From: Trichosphaerium sp. ATCC 40318
Taxonomy: Eukaryota; Protista; Tubulinea
Direction of reading: 5' to 3'
Length of the DNA: 64,000 nt
NCBI GenBank assembly: GCA_038496445.1
Contig: JALMLS010000065.1
Span: 62,001-126,000 of the forward strand
Each line of letters starts with the position of its first letter. Position 1 is the stretch's first letter. Below, piece by piece: positions 27,932 through 40,992 of this stretch. The notes beneath the pieces were generated by a model. The model was not told where the DNA came from. It did no database searches and was given only the letters and a program-made list of their open reading frames with translations. A program made the position numbers and the translations under genes.

Positions 27932-28747
27932 ATGGATAAATCAGAGTATTACAGCTTAATGCAACTACCTGTAGAGCTACAGCTTGATATTTACGATTTA
28001 GACATTGAAGTGTACAAGAAATGGCCTCTATTGTCTAAACAAACAGCAACAACAACAAGGTTTGACGTAGAGCTGAACAAACAAGGAAAGTGGATTAAAC
28101 ATAACAAAACAATAGCATTTTTTGATAATCAAGTTATACAAGAGTGTAGCTTTGTTAATGGTAAAAAAGAAGGTGAAAGGAAGTGGTATCGGAATGGTAA
28201 ACTTCATGCACTTTGTAATTATGTTAATAATGAAAGACATGGCGAATATAAGGAGTGGTTTAGTAGTGGAAAACTGGATATGATGTGTCGCTATGTTAAT
28301 GGTGCTATAGAAGGAGAGTACAAAGTATGGCATGATAATGGTCAATTGTATAAACACTGTTTTCTAGTCAGTGATAAGTATGAAGGAGAGTTAAAAGAGT
28401 ATCATAGGAACGGGCAATTATTTCAACTATCCAAATATGTTGATAATAAACAACAAGGTATGATGTCACAATGGGATAGTAATGGTAAAATAAGACTTCA
28501 ATGCTCTTATGTTGATAATGTAAAACATGGTGAATCGAAAAAATGGAATGATCATGCGCAATTGCAAGAGCAATGTTATTATGTCAATGGTAGAAGAGAG
28601 GGTCTGCAGAAGAAGTGGTACAGAAATGGTCAGCTATGGAATCAATATACTTATGTAAACGGGCTACGAGAGGGAGAGTATAAGTGTTGGAGTACAACAG
28701 GTGAACTGATTGAGAAACTAGAATTTACCAAAGACCAAAGAAAATAA
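27932..28747 (+). CDS. Intronless MORN-variant (YwqK-like) repeat protein with an F-box-like N-terminus
   Basis: LMQLPVELQLDI start; about eight 24-aa repeats YVNGxxEGEYKxWxxNGQL. Confidence 0.85.
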   Translation: MDKSEYYSLMQLPVELQLDIYDLDIEVYKKWPLLSKQTATTTRFDVELNKQGKWIKHNKTIAFFDNQVIQECSFVNGKKEGERKWYRNGKLHALCNYVNNERHGEYKEWFSSGKLDMMCRYVNGAIEGEYKVWHDNGQLYKHCFLVSDKYEGELKEYHRNGQLFQLSKYVDNKQQGMMSQWDSNGKIRLQCSYVDNVKHGESKKWNDHAQLQEQCYYVNGRREGLQKKWYRNGQLWNQYTYVNGLREGEYKCWSTTGELIEKLEFTKDQRK

Positions 28748-29519
28748 AGGTTTAGTGCATGCTTCTGTTTTAACCTAACTCTACGTCAAATAGCATGGAC
28801 ATAAACAAAATACCACCTTTTGTAAAACAAAAAAGTAGCCTAATCGTTGCTAGAAGGGTACCAATCAGTGCGTACATTACCGCCTTAGGATTTTATACCT
28901 AAGCACTGGTGAATAACTTTACAGTAGAAGTTACTTCACAAGATAATCACCTGAAACAATATAAAATCGTTCATGCCAACCACAGTCTGAGTTACACCTT
29001 CAAAGTTGATATAGTTTGCCAACAAGCGCAACACAAAAGCAAGGTTTGTGAATCAGGACTAGAATGTCTCTGTTGTCGGAGTGTATGCTAGAACGGAGAA
29101 ACAAAACAATCAGTTTCAATATTTTTTTAGTCACGTGATATTTGGTGCTGAAAAGTGGGCGATTTTCGGACCGTCTGAACGACACTAGAATTGTAAACTA
29201 TCTTGGATGTGATACCAGTCATGAGTTACTGCTATGCACTTGATAAGTGGCCATTGCGGATACTGACAGAAAATACCATCAGGACATTAATTAGTTTTGG
29301 GAAAATATAGGGAAAATTAAACGTGCGATAGAAATTTCACATTTTTTCAGCGGGGATTTATTTGTGCATAGTCTTATCGTATGCTAAACTAATTAAACAA
29401 TGGGTTTTTGGCGTGTGGAAGTCCATATAGTACTGGTTTAGAATTGTATGTTGCGGGCAAACAATACCGCGTACCGTGTTGTTTTTCGAGTTAATCCATA
29501 TTCCATTTTCTTAACACAC

Positions 29520-31104
29520 ATGACACCACAACATCTCTTCCTAGCCTGCTTTATAACATTGTTTACTCTCGCCAACACTGAATTGTAAGTGTATTAATTA
29601 AAGAGTAATTAATCTAATTAAACGGTATAGGATTATTGCTAAGGGTGTAACAGGTATTGCACCAGAAGGTATTGCGTGGGTACGCTAGTGCGAATTTGGA
29701 TTTGTTTCCTTCTAAATAATTTATAGTCCAGCACGACGAATTTCTTGTTATCGTCTTTCTTCAAATCTAGTTTATTTATGGTTCAAGATAATGGGTGAGA
29801 AATACAATATAATACCAACCTCACATCCTTATTTTGTTACAGTACTACTACAGAATATGGCCCTGTACCTGGTATTCCTGGACTAGCCATTCTCGGGCTG
29901 GCAATAAGCGAAAGTAAAAACGTAAGTAAAACTAAAGATGAGGTTCCTAACATTCCCTTACTAGCGCATATACGGAGCTATTACAAACGCATTGATTATT
30001 ATTGAACCAAACATCACTGGTTCTGCATTTGTATGTTATTGCGCTGTTAATTTGTACTGTTTTTGTTAGTGCTTATCGTAATCTAGATGGGTGAATGGAA
30101 CCTTTCTACTGGCGAGTTTATAAAGCTTGTAAATTTAACAGGCACTGACCAACGACCGCTTTGTAATGATTTGAGTACGTTACAATCATGATATGTGCTA
30201 CATATGGCGTCTTTCACGCAAGGGAAACAACTGTGTTCATCAACATTTTGAACATTATCAGGGTCAATTGTATTCTTACTCAATTGTAGTTGTACATGAA
30301 CCTACAGGTGATATTTATGCAACCGACGCATTTGGCGCCAAGATATGGAAGATAGCAGCGGATACATATGAGATTACTACAATTTCCAGACCAAATGAGT
30401 GGGCAGGTATGTACTTGTTTTCGTTTTGTCGTTTTCTCAGGTGATACGGTGTTAGGTGATCCATTGGCTTTCAATTTTGGTCCTAACGGTATACATATTG
30501 TTGGCGATACTTTAATAGTTGTGATACAACGAGCTGTATCAGGAGAACTCTACAGAGTCTCACTATCTAACACTTCTGATATTACAAAAATTCAGTTTAT
30601 TGGAGATGCTCCATCAGGATATGATGGTTTGTGTGATGATCCTACTTCAGGTTCTTGATTTTTTCTTATTAATAACATTAAAAGTGATGTTAATCATTGA
30701 CATAGGTGGTATTGCAGCAGTAGGTAGCAACAACTTTGTTTATCGTTTGGAAACAACAGATAATTTTAAGACTATAGCTGTTACAGGCGTTTTCAACTCC
30801 ACAGTTCGTATGTGATCTAAAGGCTTCAAAAGTATCGGTTTGTTATTCTCACATTTTTTTAGAAGGTGATCTGACAACCTGTGCAACAAGAATGAATGAC
30901 GTTTATGTGCTAAACGCTCATTTTGCTCAAATGGACAGAGAACAATACGAAATTGAGAAGGTAACATTCTCTGCAGCACCCACTACTGCAGCACCAGCGA
31001 TGGTTCCCACCACTATTGCTCCAATGGCACCAACCTCATTTGCAGATAGTCCAATTGCGATATCTTTTGTGGTAATAGTATTGAGCTTGGTTGTTTTTGT
31101 ATAA
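29520..31104 (+). CDS. Secreted or anchored SMP-30/gluconolactonase-like beta-propeller
   Basis: Signal peptide; APEGIAW, LCND, GDIYATDA, GPNGI, GYDGL; Pro/Thr linker and hydrophobic C-terminus. Confidence 0.7.
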
Positions 31105-31656
31105 AATAAAACGTGACGTTATTGGATGTTAGTTGTTGACTACTCTCACAAAACAAAGGCTTGGAGAACGTGACATTCCGCACTTAAAACTGATAGCTAT
31201 ACAGTATAAACATGGCTATTCAAACACCCTAGAACACTTTTACTTTATGCATTAAAATAACTTAACTTTCTTTACTTTCCAAGCCTTTTGCATAAAAACA
31301 TATCCTGTAGCACTGAAACGCCATGAACATCTGTCAGTGAAAATTGATTCACGAACATGCATGTTCAAATTTGTTCAAACTAAGGCACGTGTGGACAGCA
31401 AATGCAAAAGCAGAGCCCTTGCTCGCTTTTTGCAATATAATAAAACTCAGGAATAAGTAATGTTCTTGGGTCATCATTGGCAGTTGCACTTAGAACAGAA
31501 CAAACAAGATTAAAAATTTGGTATTTTCCCGTTTTTTATTTTATGTTGGTTTTTTTTTCTTCCAACCAATTAAATTGCTTCGCATTTTTCTTCATTTAAA
31601 ATAAACGCAAGGCATACAGTGTTTGATTAATAACTTGTTCAAAAAAAAAACAGAGT

Positions 31657-34600
31657 CTATTGTGATTCTCTGATAACCAAACCTGCTGTGGATTCAGTAT
31701 CTTGAGCTCTCAAAACAGAATCTGCCTCAAGGCCATTTGCTCCGTTTTCGTTTTCACCATCACGGGATTCGATTTGAGTGTACATAACATCATCCCATGG
31801 GTGACGGTAAAGAGGTTGGCGAAGTCGCTTTTGATCCAAAGAGTGACCTTAAAAGCAAAGCGTTAGCGATTTTTCACAGACATTAGAATTTTTTGATTTT
31901 GATCAAAAAATTCTAAGAGAAAAGTGAGGGTTTGACGCACCAATTAGACCAATAGTTCTACCAAGAACAAACAATCCATTGAGTGTTCCACTCTTTAGTA
32001 TGGTATCAGCTTCACCACGTGTGAAAGACTCAGAACCCTAAGTGAATAGTCAGCGTTGAAATTGAAACAACACGAAAAAAAAATTAAATAAAAATCCTCG
32101 TACCTCCATCAAATCCAAAAATAAAACTGCCAAGCAACCGTCAACGTTGAGGATGAGGTTGTTAGATTTTTGTAGAGTAATCTTTTCAACAGCAAGAGCG
32201 TATTCCAAATGTCTACAAAAGAAACAATGCGTTAGAGACGGGTACAGTAACACAATGATAAAACAGTTTTGTTGTTTACCTGCAAGTAGGGAAGTTATCG
32301 CGTGCGTAGTTCTTCAAAATTGTCACACGGACATCAGGGTTGTTTGCAGACTTGATTCTGTGTCCAATACCTGGGATTACAATACCCTTTCTCTTCATGT
32401 GAACAACATATTGCTCTGGTGAAAGACCTTCATCAGAAGCCCTAAAATAATCGTTTAGAGTCGAGTTTATAGTTGACCTTTGCGTACATTTTAAAGTATT
32501 TGGCTGCACCGTCGATGGCACCACCGAATCGTGGTCCAATTGTCAAAAGACCTGAAGCAACACTAGATACGACGTCTTTACCGGCACTACAAGGCTTTGT
32601 GAGAACACGTACAGGTGATACAACTACGCGAAAGAATGAACTTACCGAGCGGCGACGATAGTGTTGTGAGCACCAGAAACACAAGGACCGTGGTCAGCAA
32701 CAAGCATGAGGCAGATTTCGATAAAGCGGGAAGCATATCTTGGCAATTTACGTTTGAACCACAACAAAGATATAACATCACCGAGAGACTAAAAAAGACG
32801 TTAATGCCTATTTGGGGAGTTGCGTTTTGCGAATAAAAGAAGTTACGGTTGTTATAGAGTTGTTCCAGTACACTCAAGTGCAACAATTTCCAAGCGAATA
32901 AAAGCATTTTGGGCTTGCTATGGAAAAACTGAAAAAAAAATACACTCACCTTTTCTTTGGCAATCAATTCTGATACGCTAACTCCAGCGTATAATGGCTC
33001 ATCGCCTCTGTCGTCACAAATAGTGGAAACAAAAGAAGTAGCACGACGGACTTTACCCAAAGCGGTGGCTTGTTTGTAGTCCTTTGGAAGTTTCTTAGGT
33101 GCTAGAGCGAGTTAGTACAATCCCTTGGGTTTTGTAGAAACAGTAAACAACTGAAAAACGACGTACGAGCTAGTTCCAAATCATCAACATTTCCAGCTAA
33201 TCTTTGGAAGGTATCTCTGATCTTTTGTTCAAAATCTTCGAAACTCTGTGGTACAATGGCGCCAGCTTCCTTCAAGGCAGTGTTCTTCTCTTTGGCACCT
33301 TCACCGAGGCTACCAGACTTGGCACCTGCGTGACCGAACTACAAAGAAAATGTAAGGTGACATTGAAATCATGTTTGATATTTTTTCTCTTTTAAACGAT
33401 TGTATCGTACCTGCACTTCTGTTGGAAATACTGTAGCGCAAGTTCCGCTAACCCAGCAAATAACAGGCTTTGTGATTCTCTTTTCTTTAAGAGCCTAAGC
33501 GAGTCAACAAGGACCGAAAAAATTGTACAAAATAAGTGCTGTAAAAAAAAGATTCTACATTATGTGCTACGCAATTGTTTATACATACCTTTACGATACT
33601 GTACTCAGCGATACCACCAAGTTCACCCAAGATGACAATCATTTTAATCTGAGGAATATGTTCAAAACGCAAGGCGTGGTCGATAAGACCAGATCCTGGG
33701 TATACGTCTCCACCAATTGCGATACCTTCGAACAAACCATCGGTTGAGCGAGATAGAACATTGTACATTTCGTTAGAGAGACCTCCAGACTTTGTGACTA
33801 GACCAACAGAACCTAAGCAAGTATGTCAGCGAACAGTTACCATATTTCTACGATTTTCCGTTTTTGTCAAATACTCGAGTTGTTTTCATTACCTGGACGA
33901 TATAATTTGCCCTTAAGTACATTTTGGACAGGACCAGCGGCGTAGCCGATTTTAAAAGCACCAGCCTAGAAAATTATGAGCACTTTTTTGTCAAACGTTT
34001 AAAAAGGCAAGTGATGAATTTCATTCTGTTTTCACCCTCTGTATAACATTTTTACAACGTACTTGAATACCTCCAACGGTCGCAGGGCCAATTACCCACT
34101 TTCCTAATTTTTTAGAAAGTGCAACCAAACGCCTTGTTTGGTTCTCAGGTACGCCCTCAGCAACGATAATAACCGTGTTGATTGTTGGGCAATTGAGGGC
34201 TTCTACGGAAGAAGCATATGCGCTTCTAAAGGAAGTACAAGTTAGCGAGAAATTGAAACAATACGCAAACGACTAGAGAGAATGTGCACTACGTTCTCCA
34301 ATGCTGTAGTGTAGTGGTGGGAACACTTCTCAATGTCTGGTTACGTACCTGTAGGACGCGAAGTTGATAAAAACGTCGGCTTGTGGGTTCTTTTGGACGG
34401 CGTCTTTAATAGAAGAGTGTACGTCAATGAGGACCTCTTTTTTACCAAAAAAAAACTTCTGGGAGCAATATGGTACAGCACCGGCTTTGATGAGACCTAC
34501 GTATAGTGAGCAATCTTTTTGTGCGCTCGTAACAACGTACCAGCTACTGAGGGAGTTTTACGGCCACTTACGAAATCAAAGTCAAGCATACTTTGCACAG

Positions 34601-34664
34601 GGTTGTTCTTGAAGTTAAAGACTAGTGCCTGAGTAGAAGGAGAGAATAAACTCGCTTTTTGCAT
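31657..34664 (-). CDS. ATP-citrate lyase, CoA-binding/citrate-synthase-like subunit (plant ACLB / fungal Acl1 type)
   Basis: [27 protein letters not shown] (catalytic His), [44 protein letters not shown]. Confidence 0.95.
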
Positions 34665-34819
34665 GGTGTTGTGCCGTTTTGTATTTCTTAGTTGGTTCTC
34701 GATTTGACTATACGCGTAGGTGCGTAGAACTGAGTGATAAAACTGAAGTTTAGGCCCGAATTATACTAGAGTGCTTAAGTACACGTGGAAATTGACTCCG
34801 ACAACAAAAACAACATCTC
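34665..34819. promoter_or_regulatory. Probable bidirectional promoter between the two ACL subunit genes
   Basis: Only 155 bp separates the divergent ATGs; contains CACGTG near 34782. Confidence 0.6.
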
Positions 34820-36640
34820 ATGGCACGTAAAAAGATACGCGAATGTCGCTCGAAGGCTTTGGTAAAGGAACACTTGAAGCGCCTTGCAAACCTTGAATTG
34901 GACCATGTTGCCGTACAAATCACCCCACAGACACAATTCACCGCTAGTATGCTAGAGGAGAACCCTTGGTTAAAGACTGAGCGTTTGGTTGTTAAACCAG
35001 ATATGCTCTTCGGTAAACGCGGAAAGAGTGGTTTGGTGCTCTTAGATGCAAACTTTGAGCAAGCCAAAGAACACATTAAAAAGTTCCAAGGCACAGAAGT
35101 TACCATGAATGGCGTAACAGGCATACTTACGCACTTCCTCATTGAGCGCTTCGTACCACACAAGGATGTACGCAATTTTTCATTTCGTACTAACGTTCCT
35201 CACCCTTTTTTTTTTTTTTCAGGAGTATTACTTGTCCATCCAATCTAAATTGGAAGGAAACGTTATCGGCTTTTCTACCGCTGGTGGTGTTGAAATTGAA
35301 GAGAACTGGGATAAACTTCTTGAAGTCATGGTCCCAATTGATGTACACATAGAGAACGCTGATATTGTACGTTCTTAGCCACTTTCTACCACTTTCTACT
35401 TTCGACGGAGACTTTGCGTAACAAAATTACTTTAGGATGCTTTGGTTGTTAATGTACCAGTAAACCAACGCGAAAACTTGTTATACTTCATTCGTGCAAT
35501 GTACAAGGTACGAGCTCAAGAAAATACGAATTTTAGTTTTCCGTTTCTTGCCTATTTCCGACTCCAACTCGAACCTTTTTGTCTAATAAACCGCTCTGTT
35601 AGGTATTTGATGACTTGTGCTTCACCTTACTGGAGATGAACCCATTTACCTTGACAGATAAAGGATTTTTACCACTTGATATGCGTGGAGAACTTGATGA
35701 TACTGCTCTATTCCTTTGCAGGTGCGTGATACGGTCATAACAGCAAAAAAACTTTTTTTTTGTTTTTCGTTCCCACAAATCTCACAAACACGTGCTGGTT
35801 GCCATCATTTCGTGCTACTCGTGCCACTTTAAATTGTTAACTGACCCCACTTTTTAGAAGGAAATGGCGTGGTGTTGAGTTCCCAAGACCTTTCGGAAGC
35901 GTTATAAGCTCAGAAGAAGATTTTATCGCAAGCTTAGACGCAAAGACTGGTGCTTCTCTTAAATTGACAGTTTTGAACCCTACTGGTCATATCTGGCTTA
36001 TGGTAGCTGGTGGTGGCGCTTCTGTAATCTACACCGATACAGTTGTAGATTTGGGATACGGTCACGAACTAGGAAACTACGGAGAGTACAGTGGAGGACC
36101 ATCTGAGGTACGCGTTAAACGAGTGCTCTGAGATTTATTCCTTGAGATTCTTTCATGAACAGCCACTAACGTGCTTTGTAGGAGGAAACCTTCCATTACG
36201 CTAAAACAATTCTTGATCTTGTCACTGCTAAGCATGATGGCAAACCAAAAGCTCTTATTGTAGGCGGTGGTATTGCAAACTTTACTGATATTGCAGAGAC
36301 TTTCAAAGGTATTATTGGAGCAGTTGAGGTACGTGGTTTGGTTTGATGGTTTTTATGCGTAGTGTCTTATCTTTACACGCGTTCTATTTTTGTTCTAAAG
36401 GTGTTCTTGGTTTGTAATTGTTCTTTTTAGGAATACAGGGATGTTATTGAAGAACAAAAAATCAAGATTTTTGTCCGACGAGGTGGACCAAACTACAAAA
36501 TCGGTTTGAACCTCATGAAGGGTCTTGGCACACGATTGAACATTCCTATTGAAGTCTACGGTCCTGAAACATCCATGACGGCTATTGTGCCAATGGCAAT
36601 TAACTACGTACGAGAATCACAGGGCCAGAGCAAATTGTAA
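34820..36640 (+). CDS. ATP-citrate lyase, ATP-grasp subunit (plant ACLA / fungal Acl2 type)
   Basis: [68 protein letters not shown]. Confidence 0.95.
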
Positions 36641-37568
36641 AAATCGCCTTCCGGTACGAAGGGACGAGCGAGACTTAAAACATTTTCTTTAAGTCTACTT
36701 TAACGAAAAAAAAAATAAGACTTAAAATTTTTTACCAAACCAGACTTAGTTAGTGTTGTGCTCGAAATCTTAGATTTTTTTTTCAAAGCGAATCTTTTTT
36801 CGTTGTCTGTGTTAACTTTTTTCTTGTCTCTATAATGTTCAAGCTGCACGAAAGTGCAGCAGCGCACCGGAATGAGCTTTTTAAATTTGACTTAAAATTT
36901 TTATCACATTTTTGCCTTTTTGGCGCATCACGCGTTCTTTTGGCTAATGTGTTGTATAAGGTTGCTCCGCAACTGGATAAAAAACAACCTTAAGCGTTTT
37001 TCATACGCATATGAAATGCATACGCGCACCACAGGATGTTGTTTTTGTATTGCTGTTTCATTAAAAAAAAATCTCCAAACAATTTTGTGCAATTGGTTAC
37101 ATTGTAATAATCTCTGTTTTTGGCTCTGTCAAGTATTGTATATTACCTCTACCTTCACTATTGTCGATATTTTTAAAGTTAAGAATGAGTGTCATAAACA
37201 CGTGCTACCTTTTAGCTTTTGTCAAATAGTATTGTATGTTGCTCTTAGGTAGTCTCCACATTGGTACTTTACCCTACAATGCTCGCGGTGCTTGTGTACA
37301 CAACTAATATAGAGCGTGGTGCGTTTCGGGCCAAATAAAGAATGACCGGCAGTTTTTGACAGTCAAGAATTGTAAGTACGCACAATACAAAGCAATACGC
37401 TTGTATTCGCTTGTTATAAGGTTATATAAAAAGATTAAAAGATTGACAAGAAGTAGCAGGTATTAAGCTTGTTTCACTAGAAAACGATACTTTCAAGCGT
37501 TTTATAAGCCTACAGTCACACGTAGCATTTATTGTAGAAATATTATCGTTAATTTATCAAAAGCAGAC

Positions 37569-38603
37569 ATGGCCTCTTCTACAAACACTACTAAGCGTAG
37601 AATACCCCTAAACGAAATGGAAAATCTTCTAGTGGGTGCTGCTGGCGGAGCCCTTGAAACAACTATTCAAATGCCGCTTATTACGTGGAAATTCACTATA
37701 CAAGAAGGTACATGTCGTTTTAACGTCAAATGATCAAAAATTGTGCTCAGATTTGATTTTAAACGCAAAACAATACCAAAATATTTATGTATCTCGTCTA
37801 GGTAGACCTCTACCTACTCACTTGGGTGGCTGGTTCAGAGGCGTTTTTGCACAAGCAGGATCTCTAGCGCCTATCACAGCTTTACAAGTCATGGCCAGTG
37901 GCGTTTTTGGAAGGATCCTGAGAGGTGGAGAGCTAAGAGAGCTCACAAATGGTAGGTTTTTTCAATCTTTCCTCACTATCACGTGCCTTTTTTTTTGACC
38001 AATTAATCATATTGTTTTAAGGTGAACAAATGGCAGCTGCCACAGGAGCAGGTATTGTATCTGCTTTGGTATACGGACCTGCTGATTTGATAACAATTCA
38101 ACAACAAAAACTTGTTCTTGGACCAGGTGCAACTGTAAAACATATCTACACAAAGTACGCTGCGTTCAAGATTATTACATATTCACAGGCCTAATTTCTT
38201 TAGGTATGGTATTGCCAATGGTATCTTCCGTGGTTTCAATGCTTGCGCAGTGCGTGAGAGTATTTACACCGCTGGATATTTGGGTGTTGCGCCTATCATC
38301 ACAAAGAGTATTCAGGCCAATAGCGAAATGTCTGAGCTATCTGCTACAATCATTGGATCATGTATTGCAGCTACAGGGGCAGCAATGTTAACTCATCCTG
38401 TCGATACAGTCAAAACCTTAGTACAGTCTGATTTGACTAAGACTAAGTGGGTAAATGCACGTCAATCCTTTCCTATAGTTTATAAGAATGGTGGTATTCG
38501 TCAGTTCTACAAAGGTGGTCTAGCACGTACTTGTAGATTGTGTGGTGCCTTTTTTATATTGTCTTACTTGAGGGAGTTTGTAGTACAATGGAAATCATCT
38601 TAA
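37569..38603 (+). CDS. Mitochondrial carrier family (SLC25) protein
   Basis: Three repeats with PLITWK, PADLIT and PVDTVK signatures; GIFRGF...RES; FYKGGLAR. Confidence 0.9.
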
Positions 38604-39073
38604 TTTATTTCTTATCGTTGTGTTTTCTTTTAGTACTTGCAGAAGTCTGTTGGTGTTATAACGATTAATAAATTAGTTAAACGTAGCTGTTGGTGTTGAG
38701 TGACTGGCAATGGTGCAGTTTGTGCGACGTCACGTGCGAATCACAATCACATGTGCGCAGCTTATCTGTCGTAGCAAAACGATGTTACAGGCAGTTTTGA
38801 TATTACAACAACGCTTGGAATGTAATGCAACTATGTCAATGACTACTTGAAGGAGACCAACTTGAGTCGTTTTGCTTATGACACGTGTTGTTTCTACCAG
38901 ATCTTAAACAAATCACCTTCTCAGCTTACTAATTCTTCGTTCCACATTCTCCTTCTTAAAGAGTTATAAGGTTCAGATAAGTCGGTTGGAACAAAAGTAG
39001 ATATTTGCTGTAAATGTGTTTGGCGAGAAAATCCCAAACCAAAACAAGTTTCAAAGCGCAACATCAATTGACA

Positions 39074-40569
39074 ATGAATTTTTCTGGTGTTACCATAGAA
39101 CAAGTGCTGACGTACTATCGCAGTAACCATTCAGATGTTTTCAAAACAATAAAAGCTAATAGCCGAGACGAGACATTAATAAAACAGCTTGAGAAGGTTT
39201 TAAGCGCAGCAAATACAAGTTTAGTACAACAATTGGATCAAGTTCTCTTTAAACATGCAGATAGTCACGCACAGAGAAAAGATCAACGTACAAGGCATTC
39301 TGAGGACGTTATCTCACCAAAACAAAAACAACCAAAGAAGTAAGTCTTACCAGCTACCAACACATTTTACGTCCGTTCGTACTTACTTAATAATCCAGAA
39401 AAAATCACGTGGTAACACTCAAAGAATTAAATATTGTCGACTTTCCACCAGAGGTAATATCGAGTATTATTTCGTATGTACCAGATAGATTCAGTATTGC
39501 TCAGACTTGTCGTTTGATGGCGGATATAATTCATCATGTTGTTGGCTATCACTATGCCTATTTACACAATGTTCAAGATATATTAAAGATACGACAGTAC
39601 AAGGGCATTATGAACAATACTGAAATTGGATTATGTATGCCACAAAACACGTTATATTCGATGTTATTTGGATGTCGTAATATCATAGTACCATCTTCTG
39701 ATACAAAGACAATCAATGACAGTGATCTTAAAGCTCTCAAAGGAGTACATACCATTGAGCTCAATGGATGTAAGGAAGTGACTGATGAAGGTATTAAATC
39801 ACTTGCTGGAGTATATTATATTGACCTTGGTTTCTGTGATGCAGTTAGTGATGAAGGCATCAAAGCTTTGAAGGGTGTCCATACGATTAACCTCTGTAGT
39901 TGTAAACACGTGACAGATGAAGGAGTAAAAGCTTTAAAGGGTGTACATGATATTAAACTGTCTTTCACTTCTGTGACAGATGAAGGCATAAAAGCACTTG
40001 AGGGTGTATATGATATTGGCCTTGCAGGTTGTGCCCAGATAACTGATGAAGGAATTGAAGCACTTAAAAATGTTCATTCAATCGACCTGAGCTATACGTT
40101 AGTAACAAACGCAAGTCTCAAATATCTCACAAATATCCATACCATTAGCCTTTGTGCATGCATGAATGTGACAGATGAGGGTGTCAAAGCACTTAAAGGT
40201 GTACATAAAATTGATCTTAAAGGAACTTCAGTATCAGATGAAGGTGTCAAAGCACTTAAAGATGTACATACTATTTCCCTTGCTCATTGTACCAAGGTGA
40301 CTGATGAGGGTGTCAAAGCACTTAAAGGTGTACATAAAATTGATCTTAAAGGAACTTCAGTAACAGATGAAGGTGTCAAAGCGCTTAAAGATGTACATAC
40401 TATTTCCCTTGCTTATTGTCCCAATGTGACAGACGAGGGTGTCAAAGCACTTAAAGGCGTACATACTCTTGATCTTAGTGGCACTTCAATATCAGACAAA
40501 GTGATTAAAGCATTGAAAGGTGTTCATGTGAAAACGTCGACACAGCAATCATATTTATTATATGGTTAG
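39074..40569 (+). CDS. N-terminal helical module + F-box + LRRs (paralog 2)
   Basis: Exon 1 MNFSGVTIEQVLTYYRSNH... is homologous to paralog 1; phase-2 intron at the equivalent position; NIVDFPPEVISSII F-box; GVHxIDLxxTxVTDEGVKALK repeats. Confidence 0.88.
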
Positions 40570-40992
40570 CTTAAGTATAGGAATACTGTAAGCGTTTGGT
40601 TGTTCAGAAAGCAAAATTACAGCAATCAAGCAAGTCTATTACCCAATAAAAGCTGCTTTGTTACAATATAGTGACTAAGTTTATTGATACCATGCACATC
40701 CGCAAGTTGTTACACAAAACTACATTGCACTCAATTCTGTCGCAAGATAGTAAACTGCCATACCTACAGCATTAATCAATGCCATGCAAACATAAACAAT
40801 ATAACATACATGCTAGAAGCCATAAATCGGATGAAGAGTATTTTACTGGGTAGATCGAAAATAGGCCCAGCTAGTATGAGCATTGTAATGAAAGACACGG
40901 CATCTTTAGATTTTATTTGTTGCATTTTTCTGGCTAATTTTAATGCTCAAAAGCAACACAGTGATCATTCGAGCAAGGTTTATTAGATCTGT

